Assembly: GCA_963795835.1 (NCBI GenBank)
Contig: CAWCJC010000010.1
Coordinates: forward strand, 10,025-74,024
Origin: Bryobacterales bacterium
GTDB lineage: Bacteria > Acidobacteriota > Terriglobia > Bryobacterales > Bryobacteraceae
DNA: 64,000 nt
Direction of reading: 5' to 3'
Shown here: positions 19,110 through 29,215 of the stretch, in pieces
How the letters are laid out: every line of letters starts with the position of its first letter
Position numbering within the stretch: position 1 is the first letter of the stretch
Translations under genes and position numbers: made by a program
Notes under the pieces: generated by a model
What the model saw: only the letters and a program-made list of their open reading frames with translations
Told to the model about the DNA's origin: nothing
Databases searched by the model: none

Positions 19110-19517
19110 TCATTGTGGGTTGATCGCATTTGGATGGGCCTGATCGAGGCGCTTCTCAGCGGCTATCTGGGTAGGCTTCGACTCCTGATTGATCTCCCGC
19201 TCCAGAAAGTAGTTCAGCGCTGTGCGGAGAGTCGCGATCGCGGCAAGCTTCTCGATATCGTTCCAGGTCGGCGTCACCGCGGTATTCAGAATGTCGGCCG
19301 CCAGCTCGAATTCAAGCGCAACCGCCAGCCAGCGGCCGAGTGTCAGGCGAACTTCATTCTTCTGTTCCGCCGGCGCCGTTCTGTTCAGGAACAGGCGAAG
19401 CGCTTTCACCGTGGCTTCGAGAGCGGCAAGGGCAATGATGAGCGCCGCGGCAAACTCAACGCATCGCGCAATATATTCGATGATGCTCTTCGAGAGACTT
19501 AGGATTGAGCTTTCCAC
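19110..19517 (-). CDS. DUF1622 family membrane protein
   Basis: Family-typical block RLTLGRWLAVALEFELAADILNTAVTPTW...IATLRTALNYFLEREI. GTG start. Confidence 0.6.
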   Translation of the reverse strand: MESSILSLSKSIIEYIARCVEFAAALIIALAALEATVKALRLFLNRTAPAEQKNEVRLTLGRWLAVALEFELAADILNTAVTPTWNDIEKLAAIATLRTALNYFLEREINQESKPTQIAAEKRLDQAHPNAINPQ

Positions 19518-19613
19518 TGCTGATCAGAGCTGCCCTTTGTAGTGGGCGGAAATCCGTCCGAGCAAAGGGCTGTCTGTGTTTTCGGAGGCGAGGAAAAGGG
19601 GACGCACTATCAA

Positions 19614-19740
19614 TGCGGCCGTTGCCAAAGGGGAACGGTAGTGTGCGTGACTAGAGACCATGGTCTTCTCATTCCAAACTACTCTTAGCAGTTCAATACC
19701 CGTGAAGAAGAATAGTGGGAATCGGCACACTACGGCCGCA
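19614..19740. repeat. Interrupted 16-bp inverted repeat enclosing about 78 nt (candidate structured RNA or miniature IR element)
   Basis: TGCGGCCGT (19614-19622) plus AGTGTGC (19640-19646) pair with the contiguous GCACACTACGGCCGCA (19725-19740). The 17-nt insert on the 5' arm can itself fold (cGTTgCCaaagGGgAACg). Inner palindrome AGACCATGGTCT. Confidence 0.5.
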
Positions 19741-19814
19741 GCTAGTGAAGAGGCAACAACCGGTTTAGAGCGCGGCTGCTTCGCTCCGAATGCGGCTGGG
19801 TTCTACTAGAGAAC

Positions 19815-20801
19815 ATGAATCAAGTCCTCCAATTCGTTGGACCACAGGGCGCGGTGCAGCTGTTCGGCGTAAAGCTGGTGGGAATTACCGGGGCGAACGG
19901 CAAGAAAATGCTGTTCTCAATCGCTTACATTCTCATCGTATGGCTTCTTGCCTGGGGGATCGGCGCTCTGGCCAGGGTGCTGATCCGGAAACGTTCCCTG
20001 CGCGTGGCTTTCTGGATCGAGCAGGCGATTCACCTCTTATCGGCGGCTATGCTCTTGATTGGGGTTTGCTCCATATGGTTCGACGACCCGGCCAGACTCG
20101 CAACAGCTCTCGGTCTGGTCGCAGCCGGCCTGGCCTTCGCTCTGCAACGCGTTATCACTGCATTAGCCGCATACATCGTGATTCTTAGGGGCAAGACATT
20201 CAACGTGGGAGACCGGATTGTGATGGGGGGAGTCCGCGGAGACGTTATGGACCTGGGCTTCATTCAGACCACCATTATGGAAATGGGCCAGCCGCCCGCC
20301 GTGCAAGATGCCGACCCCGCGATGTGGGTGAAAGCGCGTCAGTATACCGGCCGCATCGTTACCCTGACCAACGACAAGATTTTCGACTCGCCCGTTTATA
20401 ACTACACACGCGACTTTCCGTTTATCTGGGAAGAGATGACAATCCCAATTCCGTATAAGGCGGATCTGCCTCGCGCGGAGGAGATTATGCTCGCCGCCGC
20501 TCAAAAGCTGACGATCCCGGCACGCGAATTGGGCGAGAAAGCCTTAGCCGAGCTACAACGCCGTTTCTTTGTCGCCCCCGCCGATTTGGAGCCTCGCGTT
20601 TTCGTGCGCCTGACAGATAACTGGGTAGAGCTAACGGTTCGGTTTATCACCCAAGATCATGCGATTCGCGATGTGAAGGACCGGATGGGCCGGCAAATCC
20701 TGCAAGGGCTGAATCAGGCCGGCATCGGGGTCGCGTCCAGCACATACGACATCGTTGGCATGCCGCCGCTTAATATCAGGATGGACAGCGACAGGGCTTG
20801 A
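19815..20801 (+). CDS. Mechanosensitive ion channel (MscS family) protein
   Basis: TM helices followed by the MscS beta-domain motif (FNVGDRIVMGGVRGDVMDLGFIQTTIMEMG...GRIVTLTNDKIF). Confidence 0.8.
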   Translation: MNQVLQFVGPQGAVQLFGVKLVGITGANGKKMLFSIAYILIVWLLAWGIGALARVLIRKRSLRVAFWIEQAIHLLSAAMLLIGVCSIWFDDPARLATALGLVAAGLAFALQRVITALAAYIVILRGKTFNVGDRIVMGGVRGDVMDLGFIQTTIMEMGQPPAVQDADPAMWVKARQYTGRIVTLTNDKIFDSPVYNYTRDFPFIWEEMTIPIPYKADLPRAEEIMLAAAQKLTIPARELGEKALAELQRRFFVAPADLEPRVFVRLTDNWVELTVRFITQDHAIRDVKDRMGRQILQGLNQAGIGVASSTYDIVGMPPLNIRMDSDRA

Positions 20802-20820
20802 TCGAAGCGGACCGGCGCGA

Positions 20821-21576
20821 TCACGATCTTGCGCGAGAACTGACGGATTCGCGAAGTCTGGGTGTAGAAGATGTTTCGCCCAAGCCGAATCGCCGCAGCG
20901 AGGTTACATCTTGAACCGCGATGAGACGGCCGCGAACCGTGATCAATCCGCGCTCCTGCAAGTGAGATAGGGAGCGGGACACAACCTCACGAACAGAGCC
21001 GAGACGCGCGGCGATCTCCTGGCGGGTTGCCGTCAATTCGAAGAGGCAGCCTTCATCCGTTTGCACTCCGCGATCCTGCCCAATGGTTGCCAGGTAAAGC
21101 GCGAGTCTTTCGTCGACGCTCCGCAGACTCAGCATGGACGCTACTTCCGCATAGGTTCTGACATTGTCGGCCAGAGAGGCAGCAAGCCGCCACAGCAGGT
21201 CCGGATGGGCTTGGCACAACCGCTTCATGGTATGCATTTCCACGCAAAGAACAGTAGCCTGTTCCTCCGCCACCATCGTGCTTACGTAAACACTTCCATT
21301 GAATACGCAGGCGCCGCCGAGTACGGAACCTGCTCGCTCGATACACAGCACCTGCTGCCGCCCATCCACATCGCTCCGATTGGAGCGAAAGGAACCTTCC
21401 ATAACGATGTTCACCGAAAGTGCGGCTTGGCCCTCGGTATATAGAGTCTGTCCCGGCGACAGGACGCGTACGGTGCCGCTTCTAGCTAAGTCGTCGACAG
21501 TCACGGATGATAGCGTTTCAAAGATGCGGACGTCCCGAAGCATTTGAATGTTGTGTTTCATACTGTTCGGAGACAT
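20821..21576 (-). CDS. Crp/Fnr family transcriptional regulator
   Basis: cNMP-binding-like beta-roll (LYTEGQAALSVNIVMEGSF...) plus C-terminal HTH (TRQEIAARLGSVREVVSRSLSHLQERGLI). No N-terminal Cys cluster of the Fnr type is seen. Confidence 0.85.
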   Translation of the reverse strand: MSPNSMKHNIQMLRDVRIFETLSSVTVDDLARSGTVRVLSPGQTLYTEGQAALSVNIVMEGSFRSNRSDVDGRQQVLCIERAGSVLGGACVFNGSVYVSTMVAEEQATVLCVEMHTMKRLCQAHPDLLWRLAASLADNVRTYAEVASMLSLRSVDERLALYLATIGQDRGVQTDEGCLFELTATRQEIAARLGSVREVVSRSLSHLQERGLITVRGRLIAVQDVTSLRRFGLGETSSTPRLRESVSSRARS

Positions 21577-21611
21577 CGGCCGGCATCCTTTGCACTTGAA
21601 GACTCGCTCAC

Positions 21612-21625
21612 GTGACTTTAGTCAC
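21612..21625. promoter_or_regulatory. Perfect CRP-type palindrome GTGA-N6-TCAC (cGTGActttagTCACc)
   Basis: 14-bp perfect dyad, 36-49 bp upstream of the Crp-family gene start and 40 bp upstream of the small ORF that precedes actA. Confidence 0.4.
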
Positions 21626-21664
21626 CGCCCACCCTACGTCATCAAGACTAACTTCATCTGTAGC

Positions 21665-21872
21665 ATGAGATTCGATTCGACGACGAAACTGGCGAATTTG
21701 GTCCGTGCGCTCCCCAGCGCATGGCCTGTGCTGCAAAGCTTCGGCATTTCGGCCGACTCCGACTGGAATCTTACCTTAGTCCGGACTCGCCGAAGAGCGC
21801 CATTTGGACTTGAACGAATTGATGCGGGCGCTGGAAAGTTTGGCCTGGGAGGAAGAATCCGCTTCGAAGTGA
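21665..21872 (+). pseudogene. Small DUF1858/ScdA_N-like helical protein, one surplus base near 21776-21779
   Basis: MRFDSTTKLANLVRALPSAWPVLQSFGISADSDWNLTL|SGLAEERHLDLNELMRALESLAWEEESASK. The pattern resembles DUF1858/ScdA N-domains but lacks their Cys pair. Span minus 1 nt equals 69 codons. Ends 6 nt before actA. Confidence 0.4.
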
Positions 21873-21878
21873 GTAGCT

Positions 21879-22529
21879 ATGCCTCAATTCTTTCTCCCGA
21901 GCACGAACACGATCATGCGGTTCGGCCTGTACGGCTTCGTATTTTTCCTGGCCTTGATCGCTGCGATCGGTTACGCCATCGACCACTCGCCTTACGAAAC
22001 GCGGCAGGGAGTGCCGCGCGAGCAGCCTGTTGCCTTCAGCCACAGACATCACTCCGGAGAACTCGGCATTGACTGCCGCTATTGCCACACATCGGTGGAG
22101 AAATCTTCATTCGCCAACATTCCTCCCACGTCAATCTGTATGAACTGCCATTCCGAAATGTGGGCTTCGAGTCCCGCTCTGGAACCGGTTCGTGAAAGCT
22201 ATCGCAGCGGCAGATCGGTTGAGTGGACCCGTGTTCACGACCTTCCTATGTTTGTTTACTTCAATCACAGCATCCATGTCTCGAAAGGCTTTGGCTGCTC
22301 GGCTTGCCACGGACGCGTGGACCAGATGCCGCTCACCTGGCAGTCGGCGTCGCTCGAAATGAAGTGGTGCCTGGATTGTCACCGCAACCCTGAGAAGTAT
22401 GTCCGCCCGCTAGATCAGGTCTACAACATGGCGTGGCAAAGCCCGCCGAATCAGCTTGCGCTCGGTCGCCGCCTGGTGAGCGAGTACCACATTCAAAGCA
22501 TGACCAGTTGCGACACGTGCCACAGATAG
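21879..22529 (+). CDS. actA: Alternative complex III subunit ActA (pentahaem cytochrome c)
   Basis: N-terminal TM anchor and five CxxCH motifs (CRYCH, CMNCH, CSACH, CLDCH, CDTCH). Confidence 0.85.
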   Translation: MPQFFLPSTNTIMRFGLYGFVFFLALIAAIGYAIDHSPYETRQGVPREQPVAFSHRHHSGELGIDCRYCHTSVEKSSFANIPPTSICMNCHSEMWASSPALEPVRESYRSGRSVEWTRVHDLPMFVYFNHSIHVSKGFGCSACHGRVDQMPLTWQSASLEMKWCLDCHRNPEKYVRPLDQVYNMAWQSPPNQLALGRRLVSEYHIQSMTSCDTCHR

Positions 22530-22534
22530 CGCCC

Positions 22535-25514
22535 ATGCCGAGAAACCGTGATTCCCAAGTCGATCTGTCCCACGTCCGCGAAATCCTGAGCGGCGCTCGA
22601 GGCGAGGAGTACTGGCGCAGCCTGGAGCAGGTCGCCGAGTTACCGGAAGTGCGCGAGATGATCGAGCGCGAATTTCCGTCGGGTGCGAGCGAATGGGGGA
22701 AGGGCGCCGACCGACGGAATTTCCTGCGGCTCATGGCGGCCTCGTTGGGACTGGCCGGGTTGACAGCGTGTACGCGCCAACCGACGGAAACCATCATGCC
22801 GTACGCGCAACCGCCCGAAGAAGCGATACCGGGCATTCCGCTTTACTACGCAACGGCGGTTGCCCAGCCGGATGGCTTATTGCAGGGAGTTTTAGTGGAG
22901 ACTCATCTGGGCCGCCCGACCAAAGTTGAGGGCAACCCCGATCACCCTGCGAGCCTTGGCGCCACCAGCGTGCATTCCCAAGCGGCGGTTCTTGACCTTT
23001 ACGATCCGGATCGATCCCAAAACGTTGCCACACGCGGCGAGATCAGCAGTTGGCCGGACTTCCAGATCCGGCTGGCCAACGTGCTGGCTCAGAATCGCGC
23101 CACCAGCGGAGCACGAATACGCTTTCTGAGCCCTACACTGTTTTCGCCCAGCCTGATTGCTCTGCGGAATGAAATCATGACCGCACTTCCGGAGGCCCGG
23201 TGGGTAGAATCCGAGCCCGCCGGCTCCGAGAACGCACGCCTGGGCTCGGCGCTGGCATTCGGATCTGCGACGCATACGTATTACAAGTTAGATCGCGCCC
23301 GCGTGATCCTTGCGATCGACAGCGACTTTCTTTCCAGTGGTTCCGCCGCAACCCGCTACGGGAGAGATTTCATCCATGGCCGCCGTATGCGTGACGGCAA
23401 CCGCGACATGAACCGGCTCTATGCCGTTGAACCGGCGCCGTCAATTACTGGTGGTCGCGCCGATCATCGCTTCACCTTACCAGGGTCTGAGATTCCCGCG
23501 TTTACCGCTCAGCTTGCTGCGGGTCTGGGCGTGAATGGGTATTCCTCAAAGGCCGCGAACACTCCTGCATGGCTTGCGCCCCTGGTCAAAGACTTGAAAG
23601 CTCACCGCGGCGCATCGGCCGTCATCACTGGTGATTGGCAGCCGCCTGAAGTGCACGCATTGGTGCACCAGATCAACGGAGAGCTTGGCAACTTCGGCCA
23701 AACTGTGATTGCGACCGAACCGCTGGTGGCGAAACCGGCGAACTCGTTCCTAGCCTTGAAGGAACTGGTGGGCGAAATGAACGCGGGTAAGGTGGACCTG
23801 CTTGTGATCCTAGGCTGCAACCCCGCTTACGATGCGCCCGCCGACCTGGACTTTGCCGCCGCACTGAAAAAAGTTCGGAGCAGCGTCCATCTATCGCAAT
23901 TCGACGACGAAACTTCATTTCTTTGCGACTGGCATATTCCGGAAGCGCACCCGTTTGAGCATTGGAGCGACGGCCGCGCTTACGACGGAACAGTTACCAT
24001 CCAGCAACCGCTGATTGCACCGTTGTTCGGCGGGATTTCACCCCATGAATTTCTAAGCGCTTTCACGCCGCGCCCTTCACGCACCAGCTATGCGGTGGTT
24101 CGCGATTACTGGAAAACGCAACATGCCGGCGCGGACTACGAAGATTGGTGGGCACAATCCGTTCACGACGGCCTGATTGCCGGCTCCGCGCTGCCCGCCA
24201 AAACAGTCACGCCAAACTCGACTCCGATTCAGATTCCAGCCCCCCCCAATCGCACCAATGCCGACGATCTCGAAGTGATCTTCCGGCCCGATCCCTACAT
24301 CGCCGACGGCCGGACGGCCAATAACGCGTGGCTGCAGGAATTGCCGCGTCCATTCACCAAGCTCACCTGGGATAACGCGGTGCTGCTGGCGCCGGCAACC
24401 GCAGAAAAGCTAAAACTTGCAAGTCAACAGTTAGTGGAACTGCGCCACAACGGCAAGACTGTTCGCGGTTCTGTATATCTGAACCCGGGGCAAGCTTTCG
24501 GCAGCGTCGCGCTGCACCTGGGCTTTGGCCACACGCGCCTGGGCAGAGCGGCCAATGGCGCGGGCTTCAACGCTTACCGCCTTCGCGGATCTAACGCTCC
24601 CTGGGCTGATAGCGGTCTCACTATTCATCCCACGGAAGATACGTTTCCTCTGGCCTCCACGCAGATGCACCACACCATGGAAGGCCGGCCGATCATTCTG
24701 ACTGCCACGCTCGCCGAATTCGAGGCCAACCCGAAGTTCGCGAAAGAGGCCACCGAGAAAGAAGATCCGCTAACGCTCTACAAGCCTTACGACTACACCG
24801 GCTATGCGTGGGGCATGACGATCGACCAAACCGCGTGCGTGAACTGCAGCGCGTGCGTGGTGGCCTGCCAGGCGGAAAACAATATCGCCGTGGTCGGGAA
24901 GCAGCAGGTGCTGGCGCGGCGCGCGATGCACTGGATTCGGATTGACAACTACTACAAGGGGAGCGCCGACAACCCCTCCATGCATGCCCAGCCGCTACCA
25001 TGCATGCATTGCGAAGACGCGCCGTGTGAAGTGGTCTGCCCGGTTCAGGCCACCAATCATAGCTCGGAAGGCATCAACGACATGGTTTACAACCGCTGCG
25101 TGGGCACGCGGTACTGTTCGAACAACTGCCCCTACAAGGTGCGGCGCTTTAACTTTTTCCTCTACTCGGATTGGAACACCGAATCGCTTAAGCTGCAGAA
25201 AAATCCGGATGTTACCGTGCGGAGCCGCGGCGTCATGGAAAAGTGCACCTACTGCATCCAGCGCATTCGCGAAGCCCACATCACTTCGGATAAGGAAAAT
25301 CGGTTCCATTCGCGATGGTGAAATTCAAACGGCTTGTCAGCAAGCCTGCCCCACCCAAGCGATCGTTTTCGGCAACATCAACGATAAGCAAAGCCAGGTA
25401 GCGCGACTGAAACGCGAGCCTACGAATTACTCTCTGCTTGCCGATCTGAACACCCGTCCCCGCACTACATATCTGGCGGACATCAGAAATCCGAATCCGG
25501 AGATTCAGGCGTGA
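22535..25514 (+). pseudogene. actB: Alternative complex III subunit ActB (fused molybdopterin-like B1 plus 4Fe-4S B2), one surplus base near 25301-25307 as sequenced
   Basis: Tat signal (RRNFLRLMAASLGLAGLTAC). Fe-S motifs are CVNCSACVVAC, CMHCEDAPCEVVCP, CVGTRYCSNNCPY, CTYCIQRI. The frame changes at ...DKENR|SIRDGEIQTACQQACPTQAIVFGNINDK...NTRPRTTYLADIRNPNPE. Span minus 1 nt equals 993 codons. Confidence 0.85.
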
Positions 25515-26899
25515 GCGAATCGGGTCCTAACCCCAACACCGCTACCACCGACCGCCTGCCGGTGATCGAGCCTGGCTATACGTACGCCAGCGTCACCGAT
25601 AAGATTGCGTCTATCGTTCTCACCAAGAAGACGCCGCTGGTCTGGTTCCTGGGCTTCTCGATCGCGACGATGCTTCTCGGGCTGTTCCTGATTTCGGTCA
25701 CGTATCTGTTCGCCAAGGGCATTGGTATTTGGGGCGTCAATATACCGAACGCGTGGGGGTTCGCGATCACCAACTTCGTCTGGTGGGTGGGAATCGGCCA
25801 TGCGGGCACGCTCATTTCCGCTATTCTGCTGCTGCTCAATCAGAAGTGGCGTAACTCCATCAACCGCTTTGCCGAGGCCATGACACTCTTCGCGGTGGCG
25901 TGCGCCGGGATGTTTCCCATCCTGCATTTGGGCCGCGCCTGGATCTTCTACTGGCTCTTCCCTTACCCGAATGCGATGGGCGTTCAACCGCAGTTTCGCA
26001 GCCCGCTGGTGTGGGATGTGTTTGCCGTATCCACTTATGCGATCGTCTCGCTCCTGTTCTGGTATATCGGCCTGGTGCCTGACCTGGGAACCTTGCGTGA
26101 CCGATCGAAAACAAAGCTGTCGTACGCCTTTTACGGCATTCTTTCGCTGGGATGGCGAGGCGCCTCAAAGCACTGGCAGGCTCATGAAACCGTGATGCTG
26201 CTAATGGCGGGGCTGGCTACGCCGCTGGTGCTCTCAGTGCACACCGTAGTCAGTTTCGACTTCACGATTGCAATTCTGCCCGGCTGGCATTCCACCATCT
26301 TTCCGCCGTACTTCGTCGCAGGAGCTATTTATTCGGGTTTCGCCATGGTGCTGATCCTCGCGATTCCGCTGCGCAAGATTTACGGACTGGAAGGCTTCAT
26401 CACCCAGCAGCACCTGCAAAATGCGGCCAAGCTCATGCTCGGCACCGGTCTAATCCTCGCCTACACCTATGCATGGGAACCATTCATTGCCTGGTATAGC
26501 GGCGACGCCTATGAGATGGCCGTGGTCGCCAATCGCGCTCACGGGCCGGAATCGTGGTCGTTCTGGACCGTGATCGTTTGCAACGTAATTATTCCGCAAG
26601 CTCTGTGGTTCAAGCGCGTGCGCAGCAGCCCCCTGCTTCTGTTCCTTGAAGCCGCTGTCATCCTGTACGGCATGTGGCTAGAGCGGTTCATGCTGATCAT
26701 CACCAGTCTGCACCGGGACTACTTGCCTTCCTCCTGGGCTAACTTCATCGCGACTTTCTGGGACAACGCCACGCTGTTCGGATCGATTGGCCTCTTCTTC
26801 TTTCTGTTCCTGCTCTTCATCCGGTTCATGCCGATGATCTCCATCTCAGAACTCCGCGAGCTGCTGCCGAGCGCGCGTCCCCTGGAGCATAAGAAATGA
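25511..26899 (+). CDS. actC: Alternative complex III subunit ActC (NrfD/PsrC-like quinol-interacting membrane subunit)
   Basis: 462-aa polytopic membrane protein directly after actB. GTG start overlaps the actB stop. Confidence 0.85.
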   Translation: MSESGPNPNTATTDRLPVIEPGYTYASVTDKIASIVLTKKTPLVWFLGFSIATMLLGLFLISVTYLFAKGIGIWGVNIPNAWGFAITNFVWWVGIGHAGTLISAILLLLNQKWRNSINRFAEAMTLFAVACAGMFPILHLGRAWIFYWLFPYPNAMGVQPQFRSPLVWDVFAVSTYAIVSLLFWYIGLVPDLGTLRDRSKTKLSYAFYGILSLGWRGASKHWQAHETVMLLMAGLATPLVLSVHTVVSFDFTIAILPGWHSTIFPPYFVAGAIYSGFAMVLILAIPLRKIYGLEGFITQQHLQNAAKLMLGTGLILAYTYAWEPFIAWYSGDAYEMAVVANRAHGPESWSFWTVIVCNVIIPQALWFKRVRSSPLLLFLEAAVILYGMWLERFMLIITSLHRDYLPSSWANFIATFWDNATLFGSIGLFFFLFLLFIRFMPMISISELRELLPSARPLEHKK

Positions 26900-27444
26900 G
26901 CCGCCCGAAGCCACGTCCTCCAATTTACGGACTGATTGCCGAATGGGAGAAGCCGGAGGCTCTGGTCGATGGCATCCGCAAGGTACGCGAGCGCGGCTTT
27001 CGTCGAATCGAGGCATATACGCCGTTCTCCATCGAAGCGGTGGATGAGGCAATGGAAAACCCGCGCAGCAAACTGCCACTGATCGTTCTTTGCGGAGGCA
27101 TCTTCGGATTTTGCGCCGCGTGGGTGCTGCAGTACTACATTGCCGTTTTCAATTACCCCATCAACGTGGGCGGCCGGCCGCTGAATAGCTGGCCCGCTTT
27201 TATCGTCGTCATGTTCGAGATGACGATACTCTGCGCCGCGCTCTCCGGCTTCTTCGGCTTGTGGATCACGTGCGGGCTCCCGCGTCCGCACCATCCCCTG
27301 TTCAACGTGCCGGAATTCCAATTGGCGAGCCGCGACCGCTTCTTTCTCTGCATCGAATCGAGCGACCCGCTATTTAATACTGGAGCCACGCGCGATTTCC
27401 TGTATCGCCTGGATCCGCTGAGCGTGTCCGAGGTGGAGTGGTGA
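26896..27444 (+). CDS. actD: Alternative complex III subunit ActD (DUF3341)
   Basis: ATGA overlap with actC. N-terminal soluble part (IYGLIAEWEKPEALVDGIRKVRERGF) plus two TM helices, as in DUF3341. Confidence 0.8.
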   Translation: MSRPKPRPPIYGLIAEWEKPEALVDGIRKVRERGFRRIEAYTPFSIEAVDEAMENPRSKLPLIVLCGGIFGFCAAWVLQYYIAVFNYPINVGGRPLNSWPAFIVVMFEMTILCAALSGFFGLWITCGLPRPHHPLFNVPEFQLASRDRFFLCIESSDPLFNTGATRDFLYRLDPLSVSEVEW

Positions 27445-28022
27445 CTCGCATTCAAGCTGCGCTCATGGTTCTTATGGCCGCTTTGCTATCCGGCTGCCGG
27501 CAGGACATGCAAGATCAGCCGCGTTATAAACCTCTTCAGCGCAGCAACTTCTTTGAGGACGGCCGAAGCGCTCGTCCGATCATCGCCGGTACGATTGCTC
27601 GCGGGCATCTGCGTCGGGACTCAGCTTTCTTCTTTGGGGCGGTTAATGGCCAATTTGTCGCCGCTCCTCCGCTCACTGTGGATGCGGCGCTTCTTGCGCG
27701 GGGCCGTGACCGCTACGACATCTATTGCAGCCCGTGCCATAGTCCGGCCGGGGACGGGCGAGGGATGGTGGCGCTTCGCGGGTTCCGCTATCCGCCATCG
27801 TTCCATAGCGATCGGCTGCGTGGCGTACCGGATGGCTACATCTATGCGGTGATTGCGAACGGCTATGGCGCGATGTCGAACTATGCCTACCAACTCGAAC
27901 CGCGCGATCGATGGGCGGTCACCGAGTACGTGCGCGTGCTTCAGTTCAGCCGCAATGCGAATGCCTCCGATCTTGACGACAGCGACCGTCAAGCGCTGGA
28001 ACGCGCGGGAGGTGCCCGCTAA
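27438..28022 (+). CDS. actE: Alternative complex III subunit ActE (monohaem cytochrome c lipoprotein)
   Basis: Lipobox (LLSGC), single CSPCH haem motif. Overlaps the actD stop. Confidence 0.8.
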   Translation: MVTRIQAALMVLMAALLSGCRQDMQDQPRYKPLQRSNFFEDGRSARPIIAGTIARGHLRRDSAFFFGAVNGQFVAAPPLTVDAALLARGRDRYDIYCSPCHSPAGDGRGMVALRGFRYPPSFHSDRLRGVPDGYIYAVIANGYGAMSNYAYQLEPRDRWAVTEYVRVLQFSRNANASDLDDSDRQALERAGGAR

Positions 28023-29215
28023 TGCCCGAACGATCCTTCGCCCTTCCAGAGCCGGTGCTTCACGATTTCAGCCGCTTCGGAACGCGCGCTCTCATCGCGG
28101 GGCTAGCGGCCGGAGCCATCGGTCTGGTATTCGGGTTCTTCGGGTGGCTCGATTTTTTTCAGGCTTATCTTGCCTCGTGGCTTCTCTGCCTGGGTATTGC
28201 TCTCGGCAGTCTGGTGCTTGTCGCGCTTCAATACCTCACCGGGGGCGCATGGGGCATATTGATCCGAAGGCCAGCCGAGGCAGCGGCACGAACGCTCCCC
28301 TTCGTGGCCTTGCTGTTCATCCCCATCGCGATCGGTATTCCAGTGCTCTACCATTGGTCCAATCCCGCCTTTGTCGCGCATGACGAGATCATGCGTCACC
28401 GCGCGGTTTGGATGAATACCCCGGCTTTCTTGATTCGCGCAGTTTTTTATTTTGCGGTCTGGATTGGCATCGGCACTCTGCTGGAACGTTGGTCCATCCA
28501 GCAGGATCAGTCAGACGACCCCACTAAGCTCGACATTCTGGCTCAGCGCCTCAGCGCCCCGGCACTGATCGCCTACGCTGCCACCATGAGCTTCGCCGCG
28601 GTGGACTGGATCGTCTCACTTTCCGACCACTGGTACTCCACCATGATCGGCTTTCTCCTGATTGTGGAACAAGGCCTGAGCGCGATGGCTTTTCTCATCA
28701 TTGTGATGACCGTGCTGTCAGTGCGCGATCCGATCCGGCAGTTCTTCTCGAAGCGGGACCTGCAGGACTTGGGCAAGCTGCTGTTGATGTTCGTCATGCT
28801 CTGGGCCTATTTTGCCTTCAGCCAGTTCCTGATTATCTGGGCCGGGAATACACGCCAGGAAATCACTTGGTATCAACCGCGCATGGCGACGAATTGGGGC
28901 TGGGTGGGCCTTGCTTTGATTCTGCTGCAGTTTATCTTGCCCTTCCTGCTGCTACTCTCCCGCGACCTGAAGCGCAGCCGCCGCCCGATGATCTTCATCA
29001 GCTCGCTGGTGCTGCTGATGCGCTATGTCGATCTTTACTGGAGCATTAAGCCTGAGGTTTTCCGCACAGGCATCCGCATCACGGTCCCGGACCTTGCGCT
29101 TCCCGTCGCGCTCGGCGGCGTCTGGCTGTGGGCTTATTTGTTTTTCCTGCGCCGTCATCCTGTAATTCCGGCTCACGCGCCGCATTTGGAAGGAGCGCTC
29201 ACGCATGGCCGTTGA
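28022..29215 (+). CDS. actF: Alternative complex III subunit ActF (second polytopic membrane subunit)
   Basis: 397-aa membrane protein. TAATG overlap with actE. Position and topology are as in act operons. Confidence 0.8.
   Translation: MPERSFALPEPVLHDFSRFGTRALIAGLAAGAIGLVFGFFGWLDFFQAYLASWLLCLGIALGSLVLVALQYLTGGAWGILIRRPAEAAARTLPFVALLFIPIAIGIPVLYHWSNPAFVAHDEIMRHRAVWMNTPAFLIRAVFYFAVWIGIGTLLERWSIQQDQSDDPTKLDILAQRLSAPALIAYAATMSFAAVDWIVSLSDHWYSTMIGFLLIVEQGLSAMAFLIIVMTVLSVRDPIRQFFSKRDLQDLGKLLLMFVMLWAYFAFSQFLIIWAGNTRQEITWYQPRMATNWGWVGLALILLQFILPFLLLLSRDLKRSRRPMIFISSLVLLMRYVDLYWSIKPEVFRTGIRITVPDLALPVALGGVWLWAYLFFLRRHPVIPAHAPHLEGALTHGR

Noticed and set aside
19524-19730. 68-aa minus-strand ORF in the DUF1622-mscS intergenic region
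   Set aside because: It has no coding-like composition or motifs. It coincides with the hairpin and inverted-repeat structures, which explain the sequence better.
21548-22072. 174-aa ORF spanning the crp-actA intergenic region into actA
   Set aside because: It overlaps the start of the Crp-family gene on the other strand and runs out of frame into actA. Only its middle part, re-read with a +1 correction, looks protein-like (DUF1858-like ORF at 21665-21872).
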